A stretch of DNA of 63,894 bases, filler included, from Acidimicrobiia bacterium (GCA_029210695.1; 11 parts of 11 records of this genome joined end to end with filler, not necessarily neighbours in it), one strand, 5' to 3'. Counted from the first letter of the whole stretch, positions 53,212 through 63,894 are shown. Numbers and translations: made by a program. The notes: generated from the letters alone by a model not told the origin.

Positions 53212-53764
53212 GGTAATCGGGCATGTGCAGACGCTCACCCGAATACTCCTCGGGGGAACGGACGTCGATGAGGCGGCCGCCGCCGCCGAGGTGACCCATA
53301 ACATCGTCCCGAAAGGCCCGGATGACCGTGTCGTCGCGGGGGACCACCGGGTAGTCAACGGGCGGCCGAACGGGCTGGTCCGTCGTCAAAGGACGGCCTT
53401 CCTCTACCCACTTCTGGCGGCCACCATCCATGATCCGCGTCACCGGATGACCAAAGAGTTCGAACACCCACAGGGCATATGCCGCCCACCAGTTGAAGTT
53501 GTCCCCGTAGAAGACGACCGTGTGATTTCGACCGATTCCAGACCGCGTCATCAAGGAGGCAAACTGCTCACTGTTGAGGTAGTCGCGCCTCAGGGAGTCA
53601 TTCAGGTCGGCCTGCCAGTCGACCTTCACGGCACCTTCGATGTGCCCCGTGTGGTAGAGCAGCACATCCTCGTCCGACTCAACGATGACGACCGTCGGGT
53701 CGTCCAGGTGCTGAGACACCCATTCGGTGGAAACCAACTTGGCCGGATGAGAGTATTGCGACAT
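53212..53764 (-). pseudogene. sseA: Thiosulfate sulfurtransferase truncated by ISL3
   Basis: [29 protein letters not shown]; the catalytic Cys region is missing. Confidence 0.85.
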
Positions 53765-53908
53765 GTTTCTCCGTTGATTGCGTCCAGAACCACTCTATAT
53801 CCTATCTAAGTAGTTGATAGAGAAATGTGAGAGATCCGGGGCAACGGGCCGTTGGCCGCTCCGCTCTCCCTGATCTCATTTCGAGAACGATGGCGTACCA
53901 TCACCCAT

Positions 53909-54343
53909 ATGAGTCTTCCGATTCGCCTTCAACGCATCGTCGAACTGTTTCGGTCGGCACCCAAGGACATTCGTATCCAGGCCCTCCTCGACTACTCGCA
54001 GCGGGTCCCGCCTCTCCCGCCCCGTCTGGCCGATGACCCCGGCCTCGAGCAGGTCCACGAATGCCAGACCCGGTTCTTCATGGCAACTGAGCTCTCAGAC
54101 GACGGCACGGTGCAGATCTACTTCGACTGCCCGCCGGAATCTCCCACCGTACGTGGCTACGCAGGGATCCTCCTGGAGGGCCTCAACGGAGAATCACCGG
54201 ACGCCATTCTGTCGGTGCCGGACGACTTCTATCGCGGCATCGGCCTCGAAGAAGTCGTGACGCCGCAGCGACTAAGAGGAATGGGCGCCATCGTGGCGCG
54301 CTTGAAACGGCAGGTAGCCGACCTGGCCGCCCGCGACGCATAA
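53909..54343 (+). CDS. sufE: SufE-family sulfur acceptor
   Basis: VHECQT, ESPTVRGYA, TPQRLRG; divergent from sseA. Confidence 0.88.
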   Translation: MSLPIRLQRIVELFRSAPKDIRIQALLDYSQRVPPLPPRLADDPGLEQVHECQTRFFMATELSDDGTVQIYFDCPPESPTVRGYAGILLEGLNGESPDAILSVPDDFYRGIGLEEVVTPQRLRGMGAIVARLKRQVADLAARDA

Positions 54344-54357
54344 GAGCGAACCCAACG

Positions 54358-54423
54358 CTACTTCGGCCCCATCCTGCTCCGGCGTCGAGGCGGATCACCT
54401 CTCCGTTGAGCATCGGGTTTTCG
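54358..54423 (-). repeat. Displaced copy of the SDR gene 3' end
   Basis: 54365-54423 matches 55258-55317 with 2 substitutions and 1 indel. Confidence 0.9.
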
Positions 54424-54477
54424 GAGATGGGCATGACCGGCGGCTCGGCGGCAGCGCAACCGGTGATTCCTCGGATG

Positions 54478-55254
54478 TCAGTTCGTTTCGTCGTCGACCT
54501 CTTCGAGGAAGTACGACTCCTCCCGCCCTCTGCGAATCCATTCCTGGAGGCTGTGAACACCTCGCTGCCACCGCGGTGTGGCGGGCGGGATGTGTTCAGC
54601 GCTCTTCAACTCGGGGCGCTCCTCGAGCAGCTGCCGGCGATAGGCTTCAAATGCGAAGAGGTCGCGCTCATCCCCCTCGGTAACCGGCTCCTGGTCCTCA
54701 ACAGCATCGGGCCCAAACACCGACTCCTTTGCGATATCGGGATCGATATTCTGTTGGAAGAAAGGCTGCTCCGTCGACGCGCCCCCGACAATGGGTTGAG
54801 CGTCGGGTTCTTCGCTTGGTGGAGGCGGCGCAGCCGGCTCCACCCCGACGACACCGTCTACCACGGCATCCAGTTCAAAAACCGTCTCCCCCACCAACAC
54901 CCCACCATCAACAAGCGGGAGGAGGGCGGCCATCTCGAGCTGGGCGACACGATCCTCGAGCAGCTTCCTACGCTCCAGCTCAAAGGCATAGCGTTCCTCT
55001 GCGCGCACCGCCCGCTCCGTCGCCTCGGCCAGCCGGCCACCGGCTTCATGGAGATTCCCGAGCTGTTCGAGCATCTTCTCCCAGGCACTCCGCGGAACAG
55101 CCACCGCCGGCTCCTCAGTCGAATGGCCATCGACCTGGGACTGCAGAACAACCTCAATGAGAACACCCTCAGCACGATCAGAGGCTTCTCGCAAAGCCAG
55201 CCACTCCTCAGGTGCACAGACATCGGAGACATCCTGGTGGTCGTCGACCGTCAT
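54478..55254 (-). CDS. Hypothetical acidic coiled-coil protein
   Basis: ATG overlaps the SDR stop; coiled coil AWEKMLEQLGNLHEAG. Confidence 0.7.
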   Translation of the reverse strand: MTVDDHQDVSDVCAPEEWLALREASDRAEGVLIEVVLQSQVDGHSTEEPAVAVPRSAWEKMLEQLGNLHEAGGRLAEATERAVRAEERYAFELERRKLLEDRVAQLEMAALLPLVDGGVLVGETVFELDAVVDGVVGVEPAAPPPPSEEPDAQPIVGGASTEQPFFQQNIDPDIAKESVFGPDAVEDQEPVTEGDERDLFAFEAYRRQLLEERPELKSAEHIPPATPRWQRGVHSLQEWIRRGREESYFLEEVDDETN

Positions 55255-56021
55255 CGGGGCCCCATCCTCGCTCCGGCGTCGAGGCGGATTACCTCTCCGT
55301 TGAGCATCGGGTTCTCGAAGACAGCGATCACCAGGTGCGCAAAGTCCTGCGGTGTACCCAACCTCCTGGGGAAGACGTGTACCTGTGCGAGTGCATCCTT
55401 CAACTCCTGTGGGGCGCCTGCCAGCATCGGTGTATCCATGATTCCCGGTGCGATCGTGTTCACGCGGATCCCGGCACTCGCCAGATCACGTGCCAGAGGC
55501 AGAGTGAGCCCGACGATTCCGCCTTTCGAAGCGGAGTAGGCCGCCTGGCCGATCTGGCCCTCATACGCCGCGATCGATGCAACGTTGACGATCGCACCCC
55601 GCTCGCCACCCTCGTCGGGTTCGTTGTTGCCCATCTCGGCGGCCACTCGGCGGACGACGTCGAAGAGCCCGATCAGGTTGACCTCGATAGTGGATTTGAA
55701 GAGATCGAGTGGAAAGAGCTCGCCGTTCCTGGCGACCACCCGGTGGGCGGTGACGACACCCGCCGCGTTCACCAGGAGGTTGAGCTTGCCGAAGGCACCG
55801 AGCGCGGCTGCCACCGCCTGCTCGACCTGCACGGTATCCCGGACGTCGGCGGGCACGAATACTGCATCGGCGCCCAGACCGGCGGCCACCGATGCACCGT
55901 CCGAACCCGGCAGGTCGAGGATCGCTACCTTGGCCCCGCGTTCCACGAGTGCTTCTGCCGCCCCGCGCCCCAACCCCGACGCTCCCCCCGTGATGAATGC
56001 CACGGACCCGTCGATACGCAC
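55251..56021 (-). CDS. SDR, type II 3-hydroxyacyl-CoA dehydrogenase-like
   Basis: TGGASGLG, YSASK, NGEVIRLD. Confidence 0.92.
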   Translation of the reverse strand: MRIDGSVAFITGGASGLGRGAAEALVERGAKVAILDLPGSDGASVAAGLGADAVFVPADVRDTVQVEQAVAAALGAFGKLNLLVNAAGVVTAHRVVARNGELFPLDLFKSTIEVNLIGLFDVVRRVAAEMGNNEPDEGGERGAIVNVASIAAYEGQIGQAAYSASKGGIVGLTLPLARDLASAGIRVNTIAPGIMDTPMLAGAPQELKDALAQVHVFPRRLGTPQDFAHLVIAVFENPMLNGEVIRLDAGARMGPR

Positions 56022-56087
56022 GCTGCGCCTCCATCTCGCTCTTGGTGGGACGCTACCACCCCAAAGATCTGCTGAGATGGCGGGTGC

Positions 56088-56861
56088 ATGAATGCCATCG
56101 GAATGTTTGATTCAGGGGTCGGCGGTCTCTCGGTCCTCAATGAGGCTCGCCGGCTCCTGCCGCGCAGCGACATGATCTATCTCGCAGACCAGGGCTACGG
56201 ACCGTATGGAGACCGCACTCTGGAAGATGTGCGTGGTCGGGCAGATCGCGTTACCCGGGCTCTCATCGAAGAAGGGGCGGCCATGGTGGTGATTGCCTGT
56301 CATACCGCCTCAGCCGCCGCCCTCCACTACCTCCGAAAGCGACACCCGTTGCTGCCGATTGTCGGGATCGAGCCGGCGGTGAAGCCGGCCGCAGAACGAA
56401 CCGAGACTCGCACGGTCGGCGTCCTGGCTACTACGGCGACGTTTCAGGGTGAGCTGTTCTCGAGCGTCGTTTCCCGTTTCGCCGCCAACACCAGAGTGAT
56501 CGCCAGACCGTGTCCCGGCCTCGCCGACCTCGTCGAGTCGGGTGCCGACGAGTCGGTGGTCGAGCAGGCCTTACTCGACCACCTCAGGCCGTTCCGCGAC
56601 CGAGGGGTCGATCAGATCGTGCTCGGATGCACCCACTACTCGTTTCTCGGTGAACTCATCGCCCGCATGTCCGGCGTTGACGTGGTCGACCCCGCCCCTG
56701 CCGTTGCCACACAAGTTGCCCGGGTCGCGACAGTGAACGGACTCAACGACGGCGGCACCGGTGAACTGAGGGTTCTCACGACCGGCGACACCGCCCGATT
56801 GCAGGTCAGGGTGGCCACACTGCTCGACCCGGCAGTGACCATCGAGAGCTTCGCCCTCTAA
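56088..56861 (+). CDS. murI: Glutamate racemase
   Basis: FDSGVGGLSV, PYG, ACHTAS, LGCTHY. Confidence 0.93.
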   Translation: MNAIGMFDSGVGGLSVLNEARRLLPRSDMIYLADQGYGPYGDRTLEDVRGRADRVTRALIEEGAAMVVIACHTASAAALHYLRKRHPLLPIVGIEPAVKPAAERTETRTVGVLATTATFQGELFSSVVSRFAANTRVIARPCPGLADLVESGADESVVEQALLDHLRPFRDRGVDQIVLGCTHYSFLGELIARMSGVDVVDPAPAVATQVARVATVNGLNDGGTGELRVLTTGDTARLQVRVATLLDPAVTIESFAL

Positions 56862-57163
56862 GTCCCGCCCTGGACCACCCGCAAGTACTCGAAGACGCGG
56901 AGGATCTGTTCCTCGGTCAAGGTGTTGCGAAATGCCGGCATCCGACCGAGCCCCGATGTGATGGTCTGAATCAGATAGGCGTCCGGCTGGCCGGCCACTT
57001 CGCTGCCCGCCCCCAACGCCGGCCCAACGCCTCCGGACAGATCACCGGCGTGGCATCGACTACACAGTGCTGAGTAGATCTCCGGGCCCGAGGCATCGAC
57101 TTCGAGACTGGTGGTGCAACCGGTCAGCAACATGACAACGAGAACCAACACGATCGTTTTCAT
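56858..57163 (-). CDS. Lipoprotein cytochrome c
   Basis: Lipobox LTGC; CSRCH heme motif; GPAL, MPAF. Confidence 0.88.
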   Translation of the reverse strand: MKTIVLVLVVMLLTGCTTSLEVDASGPEIYSALCSRCHAGDLSGGVGPALGAGSEVAGQPDAYLIQTITSGLGRMPAFRNTLTEEQILRVFEYLRVVQGGT

Positions 57164-57168
57164 CGCTC

Positions 57169-57672
57169 TCAGCTTTCCGCCAGGAATACGCCTGCTTCAT
57201 ACAATATCGAGACCACCACCCCGGCGATCATCACCCCCAACGCGATGAGGGCCAGCGCTTTGCGTCGCTGTACTCCGAACACGAAGGCCGCCAGCGAACC
57301 CGACCAGGCTCCGGTAATGGGAAGCGGAATCGCCACAAACGCGATCAACGCCAGATCGCGGAGCCGATCAAACCTCGTCGTGTGTCGCCTACGCGTATGC
57401 GCAAAGAGCTTCTCGAGAAACCGATGCAGCCAGGACCAATGCTTCTCCGCCCACGCCGTGACGGGTCCCAGCAACCAGAGGATGAACGGGACGGGCAGAA
57501 GGTTGCCGAGCACCGACCAAAAGAAGGCCGGTACGACACTCCACTCGAGAACCCCTCTGGCGAACGGAATCGCCAGTCTCAGCTCGGTGATCGGCAGTGC
57601 GGCGAGCAACACCACCGCCAGGGGTTCGGGTATTGGCAGACTCTCCACCCATTGCTGAACTGCTTCTCGCAC
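57169..57672 (-). CDS. Small multi-drug export-like membrane protein
   Basis: LPITELRLAIP, GNLLPVP, FVAIPLPITGAWSG. Confidence 0.85.
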   Translation of the reverse strand: MREAVQQWVESLPIPEPLAVVLLAALPITELRLAIPFARGVLEWSVVPAFFWSVLGNLLPVPFILWLLGPVTAWAEKHWSWLHRFLEKLFAHTRRRHTTRFDRLRDLALIAFVAIPLPITGAWSGSLAAFVFGVQRRKALALIALGVMIAGVVVSILYEAGVFLAES

Positions 57673-57909
57673 GGGCCGAGAGTATGGCAGGTCTCAGCCA
57701 TCGCGATAGTTGCAGCGGGTAATGTTTGACGGCACTGTCGCCACCGGGTGAATACTGACCCTTTATCACCGCTCGAATTTTGACCCCCTCCTGGTCGGGT
57801 CCACCACTGNNNNNNNNNNNNNNNNNNNNNNNNNNNNNNNNNNNNNNNNNNNNTTAATTAATTAANNNNNNNNNNNNNNNNNNNNNNNNNNNNNNNNNNN
57901 NNNNNNNNN

Positions 57910-58169
57910 TCACTGGCGAGCAGGTGGTCCCATCCCCCTGGCGAAACTCATCTCAAGGTGGTCCCATCCCGCTGGCGGGCGACATGGGTCAACTCCCGAG
58001 ACGTCACCTCCAAGAACGCCTCCCACTTCTCCTCCGGAGACAACAGCCGCCGCTTACGACGACCCGGAACCGATTGGTTGCTCATACTCACACCCTCCTC
58101 AGGGTCAGGCCCACAGCCTCCCATCGTTGGGTTAGGAATCGGCGCATCTCTATCACGAAGTCAGACGCA
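57910..58169. mobile_element. IS21-like end (57910-57984) nested in an IS3-like left end (57985-58169, minus strand)
   Basis: Repeated GGTGGTCCCATCCC boxes ending GCGACA; minus ORF start MSNQSVPGRRKRRLLSPEEKWEAF. Confidence 0.6.
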
Positions 58170-58793
58170 GGTGAACCCCTCGAGTACCACGCGGCAGTGC
58201 TCGGCGGTTATGCGGTTGAGCGCGACGCGCAATCCCGCGTTATTGCGGTCGTGGTCGCCGCCCTCATCGGCATCTTCGTCTTCCTCCAGGCTGCGTTCAG
58301 CAGCTGGCGACTCGCGCTCCTGGTGTTCGCGGCGTTGCCCCTGGCTCTGTCCGGCGGTGTGCTTGCCGTTGCGGCGAGCGGTGCTGAGGTGTCGCTCGGC
58401 TCGGTTGCCGGCCTGGTTGCGATTGTCGGACTGGCCACCCATGGGACTGTGCTGCTGATTCGCAACTACGAGGAGCGGGAGCAGCGCGGCGAGCCCTTTG
58501 GTGGCCAATTGGTGGTGGACGGCACGACCGAGTTGTTGATGCCGGCGCTGGTTCCGCTCGTTGGGCTCGCCGCCTTGTTCATTCCGGCGGCCGCGGCCAG
58601 TTCGATGGCCGGACTCGAGATCGTCGGACCGATGGCGATCGTCGTAGTCGGTGGATTGATCACGACCGCGCTCTTGCTGGGAGTTGTGGTCCCATCGTTT
58701 TACCTGCACTGGGGATACATCGCGAATCCCGACACGACGGCGCACGACCTCTTCGAACCCGCAACGCCCCACCTAGTGATAGGCGGTGACTGA
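58170..58793 (+). pseudogene. C-terminal part of an RND permease, cut by IS
   Basis: LPLALSGG, SLGSVAG, PMAIVVVGGL, VVPSFY; paralogous to the end of 59243-62395. Confidence 0.8.
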
Positions 58794-58795
58794 TC

Positions 58796-59233
58796 GTGGA
58801 CGGAAGATTTGGCATCGCGCTCGTCGGATTGGCCACCGTGGCGATGGTGTTCGTGCTCGGTTCGCTCTCGGCACAAGAGGTTGAACCGGACGGCGAATCG
58901 CCGGTTGCTTTGGAACCGGTTGCAGCGACCGGCTTGCAGCGTCTCACGCTGACGGAATCGGCCGCAGAGCGCCTCGATATTCAGACGGCGACCGTCCAGG
59001 CGACGCCCGACGGGACACTTCATGTGCCCAGCGCGGCGCTGATCATCACTCCGGATGGGTTGCACTGGGTGTACACCAATCCGGCCCCCCTGCAGTACGT
59101 GCGGCACGAGATCACTGAAGTCGTGGAAGACGACTTCCAAGCTTTCTACGTCTCCGGCCCTATTGCAGGGACATCGGTTGTGATCCGTGGTGTTCCGGAG
59201 TTGTACGGCGCCGAGTTCGGAATCGGGAAATAG
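58796..59233 (+). CDS. Short membrane-fusion-protein-like adaptor
   Basis: Signal/TM; LTESAAERLDIQT, VPSAALI, ELYGAE; no alpha-hairpin. Confidence 0.7.
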   Translation: MDGRFGIALVGLATVAMVFVLGSLSAQEVEPDGESPVALEPVAATGLQRLTLTESAAERLDIQTATVQATPDGTLHVPSAALIITPDGLHWVYTNPAPLQYVRHEITEVVEDDFQAFYVSGPIAGTSVVIRGVPELYGAEFGIGK

Positions 59234-59242
59234 GCGGTAGGC

Positions 59243-62200
59243 ATGTTTCGTTGGATCGTCGGTTCGAGTCTCAGATACCGGTTTATCGTCATGGCGATCG
59301 CATCCGGGCTCATGTTCTTCGGGGTCCAGCAGCTTCAGGACACGCAGATCGATGTCTTCCCGGAATTCGCTCCACCACGCGTCGAGGTCCAGACACCGTC
59401 GCTCGGCCTATCGGCCTCGGAGGTCGAGGCCCTGGTCACAATCCCACTAGAGCAATCACTGGCCGGAATTCCCGGGCTCGTTGAGATCCGTTCGAACTCG
59501 GTCGAGCAGCTTTCGTCGATACTGATGATCTTTGAGCGGGGGACAGATCTTCTCGACGCGCGCCAGCTGGTCAACGAGCGTATCTCTGTGGTCGGGCCGA
59601 CGCTTCCCACTTGGGCGAGTCCGCCGGTGATGATCCAGCCGCTCTCCTCGACTAGCCGGGTAATGAAGATCGGTTTGACCAGCGAGGATCCTGAACTCGA
59701 CCTCATCGACATGTCGATGGTTGCCTATTGGACGATCAGGACACGTCTCTTGCAGGTGCCGGGCGTTGCCAACGTCCCTATATGGGGAGAACGGCTGGAG
59801 ATGCTACAGGTGCAGGTCGATCCTGACCGGCTACGCGACAACGCGGTCACCCTCAACGCGGTGGCAACCAGTACCTCGGACGCATTGGCGGCGGGGCTCT
59901 ACTTGCACTCTGAAGGCCACATCATCGGCAAGGGTGGCTGGGTCGAGTCGAACGGCGAGCGCCTGAACGTCATGCACATTCCACCCATCGTCACCGCAGC
60001 AGACTTGGCATCCCTGCCGGTGCGGACCACCACCGGTGAAACGCTGCTGCTGGGTGACGTTGCAGAGTTGGTGAGGGACCATCAACTACTCAATGGTGAT
60101 GCCGTGATCAACGACGGGCCGGGCCTCATGTTGATCGTGGAGAAGCTTCCCTGGGCCAACACCCTCGAAGTGACGAGGGGAGTGGAAGAGGCCTTGGAGC
60201 AGTTGCAGCCGGGTCTGCCCGGCATTTCTGTCGATGCGGAGATCTTCCGCCCGGCGACCTTCATCGAGGAGTCGATCAACAACCTGGCGATCGCGATGTT
60301 CCTCGGTGCCATTCTCATGATCCTGATTCTCGGGGCCTTCCTGTATGAATGGAGGACGGCGCTGATCAGCGTCCTGGCGATTCCGCTCTCACTCGTGGCG
60401 GCGGGCCTCGTGCTGGACCTACGCGGGGCAACGATCAACACAATGATTCTGGCCGGGATGGTGATCGCCCTGGGCGACATCGTCGACGATGCGATCATCG
60501 ATATCGAGAACGTCGTCCGCCGCCTTCGACAGCACCGAGCCGAGGGCGGGAGCCGTTCGACGGCCAGGGTCATTCTGGACGCTTCCCTTGAGGTGCGCAG
60601 CGCCATCGTCTACGCCACCTTGATCGAGGTCGTCGCGATCGCACCGATCTTCGCCTTGAGCGGGTTGTCTGGGGCATTCTTCCGGCCCCTCGTCACATCG
60701 TATGCGCTGGCGTTGCTCGCGTCGATGGCAGTTGCACTCACCGTCACGCCGGCCCTCAGCCTCGTTCTGTTCAGAAACCCGAAATCGTTGATGCATCGTG
60801 GCTCACCGTTGGTGCCGCCCCTGAAGCGCTGGTACACCCGGGTGCTCGAGGGCATCATCAGCAAACCTCGCGGCGCTTATGCGACCGTTGCGGCGGCGGC
60901 CCTCGTCGGTGTGGTGATTGTTCCCCTGCTCGGTCAGTCGCAGCTTCCCGACTTCAAAGAGCGGGACTTCCTGATGCACTGGCTGACCAAGCCGGGGACC
61001 GGTCAGATCGAAATGGTGCGGATCACCGAGGAGGTGAATCGGGAGTTGCTCACCATCCCGGGCGTGCGCAATGCCGGTTCCCACATTGGGCAAGCACTCC
61101 TCATGGATGAAGTGGTGGGCATCGACTTCGGTGAGAACTGGGTCAGTGTCGATCCGGCCGTGGATTACGACGAGACCGTCGCAAAGATCCAGGAGGTGGT
61201 CGATGGGTATCCCGGGCTGTATCGGGACGTCCAGACCTATCTGAAGGAGCGGATCAGGGAGGTACTGACCGGGTCGAGTGAACCCATCACGATCCGTGTA
61301 TTCGGACCTGATCTGCAGGTCTTGCGAGATACCGCAGCCGAAGTCAACGAGATCCTTGGCGCCGTCCCGGGCGTCAAAGAGAATCACGTGTCTTTTCAGG
61401 AGGATATCCCGCAGGTTCGAGTCGAAGTCGATCTGGAGGCTGCCCAGCGGTACGGAATCAAACCCGGAGATGTGCGGAGAGCCGCCGCACGGCTCATCTC
61501 GGGTGAAGAAGCCGGCGACATCTTCTGGGAGGGCAAGGCCTACGACGTGCAGGTGTGGAGCACTCCTGAAACCCGTCGCAGTCTCACCGACGTCAAGAAC
61601 CTACTGCTCGATACGCCCAGCGGTGAGTACGTGCTGTTGAATGAGGTTGCCGATGTCAGCATCGCGGCGGTCCCAAACAAGATCCACCACCAGGATTTGT
61701 CGCGAAGCATCGACGTTGGGGCCAATCTCGATGGAACCCGTGACCTCGGAGCGGTAGTCGCTGACCTGGAGGATAGGCTGGGCACCTTCCAGTGGCCGGC
61801 CGAGTATCACGCCGAATTGTTGGGCGAGTTCAGCGAACGCCAGGATGCCTCCCAACGAATGATGACGATCGCGGTGATGGCCGCGCTCGGCGTGTTCTTG
61901 TTGCTGCATGCTTCATTCGGTTCCGGGCGACTCGCGTTGCTGTCGTTCCTAACTCTGCCGGTCGCGCTCGTGGGGGGTGTGATGGCGGCGTACATGGCGG
62001 GTGGTGTGATCTCGCTGGGGTCACTCGTCGGATTCTTCACCGTGCTGGGCATCGTTGCACGCAACGGAATCATGTTGATCAGTCACTACCAGCATCTCGA
62101 GCGTGAGGAAGGGGTCTCGTTCGGACCTGCGCTCGTTCTTCAGGGCGCGTCGGAACGCCTCGTTCCGATTCTCATGACGGTGCTCACTACCGGTCTGGCG

Positions 62201-62395
62201 CTCGTCCCATTGGTCGTGCGCGGCGAGATTCCGGGCCAGGAGATCGAGTACCCGCTGGCCGTCGTAATCCTCGGTGGCCTCGTTTCCGCCACGCTGCTGA
62301 ATTTGTTCGTCGTGCCGAGCCTCTACCTCCGTTATGCGCAACGGCGGGGACCTGCGGGCGGAGTAGATTCGGCGGTGCCGGAGGCGATGGCTTGA
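59243..62395 (+). CDS. CzcA/CusA-like RND permease
   Basis: DVFPEFAPPRVEVQT, VDDAIIDIEN, ARNGI, RLVPILMT. Confidence 0.93.
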   Translation: MFRWIVGSSLRYRFIVMAIASGLMFFGVQQLQDTQIDVFPEFAPPRVEVQTPSLGLSASEVEALVTIPLEQSLAGIPGLVEIRSNSVEQLSSILMIFERGTDLLDARQLVNERISVVGPTLPTWASPPVMIQPLSSTSRVMKIGLTSEDPELDLIDMSMVAYWTIRTRLLQVPGVANVPIWGERLEMLQVQVDPDRLRDNAVTLNAVATSTSDALAAGLYLHSEGHIIGKGGWVESNGERLNVMHIPPIVTAADLASLPVRTTTGETLLLGDVAELVRDHQLLNGDAVINDGPGLMLIVEKLPWANTLEVTRGVEEALEQLQPGLPGISVDAEIFRPATFIEESINNLAIAMFLGAILMILILGAFLYEWRTALISVLAIPLSLVAAGLVLDLRGATINTMILAGMVIALGDIVDDAIIDIENVVRRLRQHRAEGGSRSTARVILDASLEVRSAIVYATLIEVVAIAPIFALSGLSGAFFRPLVTSYALALLASMAVALTVTPALSLVLFRNPKSLMHRGSPLVPPLKRWYTRVLEGIISKPRGAYATVAAAALVGVVIVPLLGQSQLPDFKERDFLMHWLTKPGTGQIEMVRITEEVNRELLTIPGVRNAGSHIGQALLMDEVVGIDFGENWVSVDPAVDYDETVAKIQEVVDGYPGLYRDVQTYLKERIREVLTGSSEPITIRVFGPDLQVLRDTAAEVNEILGAVPGVKENHVSFQEDIPQVRVEVDLEAAQRYGIKPGDVRRAAARLISGEEAGDIFWEGKAYDVQVWSTPETRRSLTDVKNLLLDTPSGEYVLLNEVADVSIAAVPNKIHHQDLSRSIDVGANLDGTRDLGAVVADLEDRLGTFQWPAEYHAELLGEFSERQDASQRMMTIAVMAALGVFLLLHASFGSGRLALLSFLTLPVALVGGVMAAYMAGGVISLGSLVGFFTVLGIVARNGIMLISHYQHLEREEGVSFGPALVLQGASERLVPILMTVLTTGLALVPLVVRGEIPGQEIEYPLAVVILGGLVSATLLNLFVVPSLYLRYAQRRGPAGGVDSAVPEAMA

Positions 62396-62632
62396 AAGGC
62401 TGACCGAACTCGAGAGCCGATGTCGTGATGAGCGAACCGTTCAGAGGTCTCTATTCGTGGCTCATCGGATTTCAGCGGGGTGTGATGGTGGCGAGTAGAT
62501 TCCAGTTGGGTTTTCCGGCGTAGAGGAGGGCTNNNNNNNNNNNNNNNNNNNNNNNNNNNNNNNNNNNNNNNNNNNNTTAATTAATTAANNNNNNNNNNNN
62601 NNNNNNNNNNNNNNNNNNNNNNNNNNNNNNNN

Positions 62633-62706
62633 GTAGTAACCATCAGATTGGCAGAGCCCTCCTAATCAACCGGGAACCCCTACACCCCGCTCAATTCCGA
62701 AGCGCC
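62633..62706 (+). mobile_element. ISL3-like terminus
   Basis: Ends CCCCGCTCAATTCCGAAGCGCC, similar to the 53138-53211 end. Confidence 0.55.
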
Positions 62707-63894
62707 GGTAACGTCGTAGGTCACGACGTAGGAACCAACCGTGTTGGTATCAACACCGGTCGCATCGATCACAATGCTGCCCGTGAGATCACCGTCATAG
62801 TTATCAGAAGCTGTCGCACCCAACTCGACATAGGGGCTGCCAACCTCAATGGTCTGCGGATCAGCCCCAGACAGTGTGATCACCGGCAAAGTGGTGTCGA
62901 CCACATTCACTGTGCGGGTCACCTGCACAGCCGGGTTGCTCTGCGAGTCGATGACGTCATAAGTAACGACGTAGGAACCAACCACAGAAGTGTTGACCGG
63001 ATTGACCGTCACGATGCCGGCCGTGATGTCACCGTCACCAACATCAAAGGCGGTAGCGCCAGCATCCACATACGGGGAGCCAACCTCAACCGTCACCGGA
63101 TCCGATCCCAACAGGGTGATCACCGGAGCACCCGTGTCCACCACATTGACGGTCCGAGTCACCTGAACCGCAGCATTCCCGTTGGCATCCGAAACGTCAT
63201 AGGTCACCGTGTAACTGCCGACTGTGTTGGTATCAACACCGGTCGCGTCGATGAGGATGCTGCCCGAAATATCCCCGTCATAGTTATCAGAAGCAGTCGC
63301 CCCCAACTCGACATAGGGGCTGCCCACCTCGATCGTCTGCGGATCTCCACCCACCAGGGTGATCACCGGAACAGTGGTATCAACCACATCCACAATCCGG
63401 GACACGGTGACGGCCGAGTTGCCGTTGGCATCAACAACGTCATACGTCACCGAATACGAACCAACGACTCCGCTGTTCACAGCAGTGGCGTCGATCACGA
63501 TCGAACCCGAAATGTCCCCGTCGTAGTTATCAGAAGCCGTCGCACCTAGTTCAACGTATGGGCTGCCGACTTCGATCGTCTGCGGATCGACACCAGTCAA
63601 TGTGATCACCGGCAAAGTGGTGTCAACCACATTGACTGTTCGGATGGCCGAACCCGGGTTGCCGTTTGCGTCGACAACGTCATAGAACACCGCGTACGAA
63701 CCCACAGTGAAGACATCCACGGCGGTCGCATCGATCACGATCGAACCCGAAATATCACCGTCATAGGTGTCAGAAGCAGTCGCCCCCAACTCGACATACG
63801 GGCTTCCAACCTCGATGGTCTGCGGGTTGGCTCCTGTCAACGAGATCACCGGCACTGTCGTATCCACAACATCCACAATCCGGGACACGGTGAC
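62707..63894 (-). CDS. Partial large surface protein with tandem DUF5011/Ig-like repeats, cut by IS and window edge
   Basis: About five ~82-aa repeats VDTTx[30 protein letters not shown]. Confidence 0.88.

Noticed and set aside
54358..55317. DGR template/variable repeat pair
   Set aside because: No reverse transcriptase; only two synonymous differences and an indel

Overview
The window joins 11 short contigs with artificial N44-TTAATTAATTAA-N44 spacers, so adjacency across spacers means nothing. The DNA is high-GC actinobacterial; gene content (mshA, furA-katG, twin-motif rsiG, pilA/D/M/N/O, MMPL) suggests an Acidimicrobiia-like genome, which is an inference. Contig 1 is the end of an island integrated at tRNA-Val(CAC), carrying a DUF3644/HEPN gene, a TIR gene with an SOS box, and a type II R-M pair. 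Contig 2 is mostly core genome: dehalogenase, NfeD-flotillin, a ubiquitin-like/membrane fusion, crcB, peptidases, rsiG, asparaginase, mshA, a DnaA-box cluster before a candidate sRNA, a Clp1 kinase and DUF62. The other contigs carry furA-katG, ABC/MMPL/RND transporters, type IV pilus genes, a PemK/MazF toxin-antitoxin pair, sufE/murI and several IS-disrupted genes. Nearly every contig ends in an IS terminus. The most unusual signals are: (i) cassette-like units bounded by 55-66 bp non-attC direct repeats; (ii) an IS110 whose apparent bridge RNA lies 3' of and antisense to the recombinase, with short guide-like segments matching its own end and flank; (iii) an SOS-boxed leaderless TIR gene; (iv) a DnaA-box cluster in front of a candidate sRNA; (v) a MoaD-like domain fused to a CdsA-like membrane domain. 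All family calls are by motif recognition, not database search.
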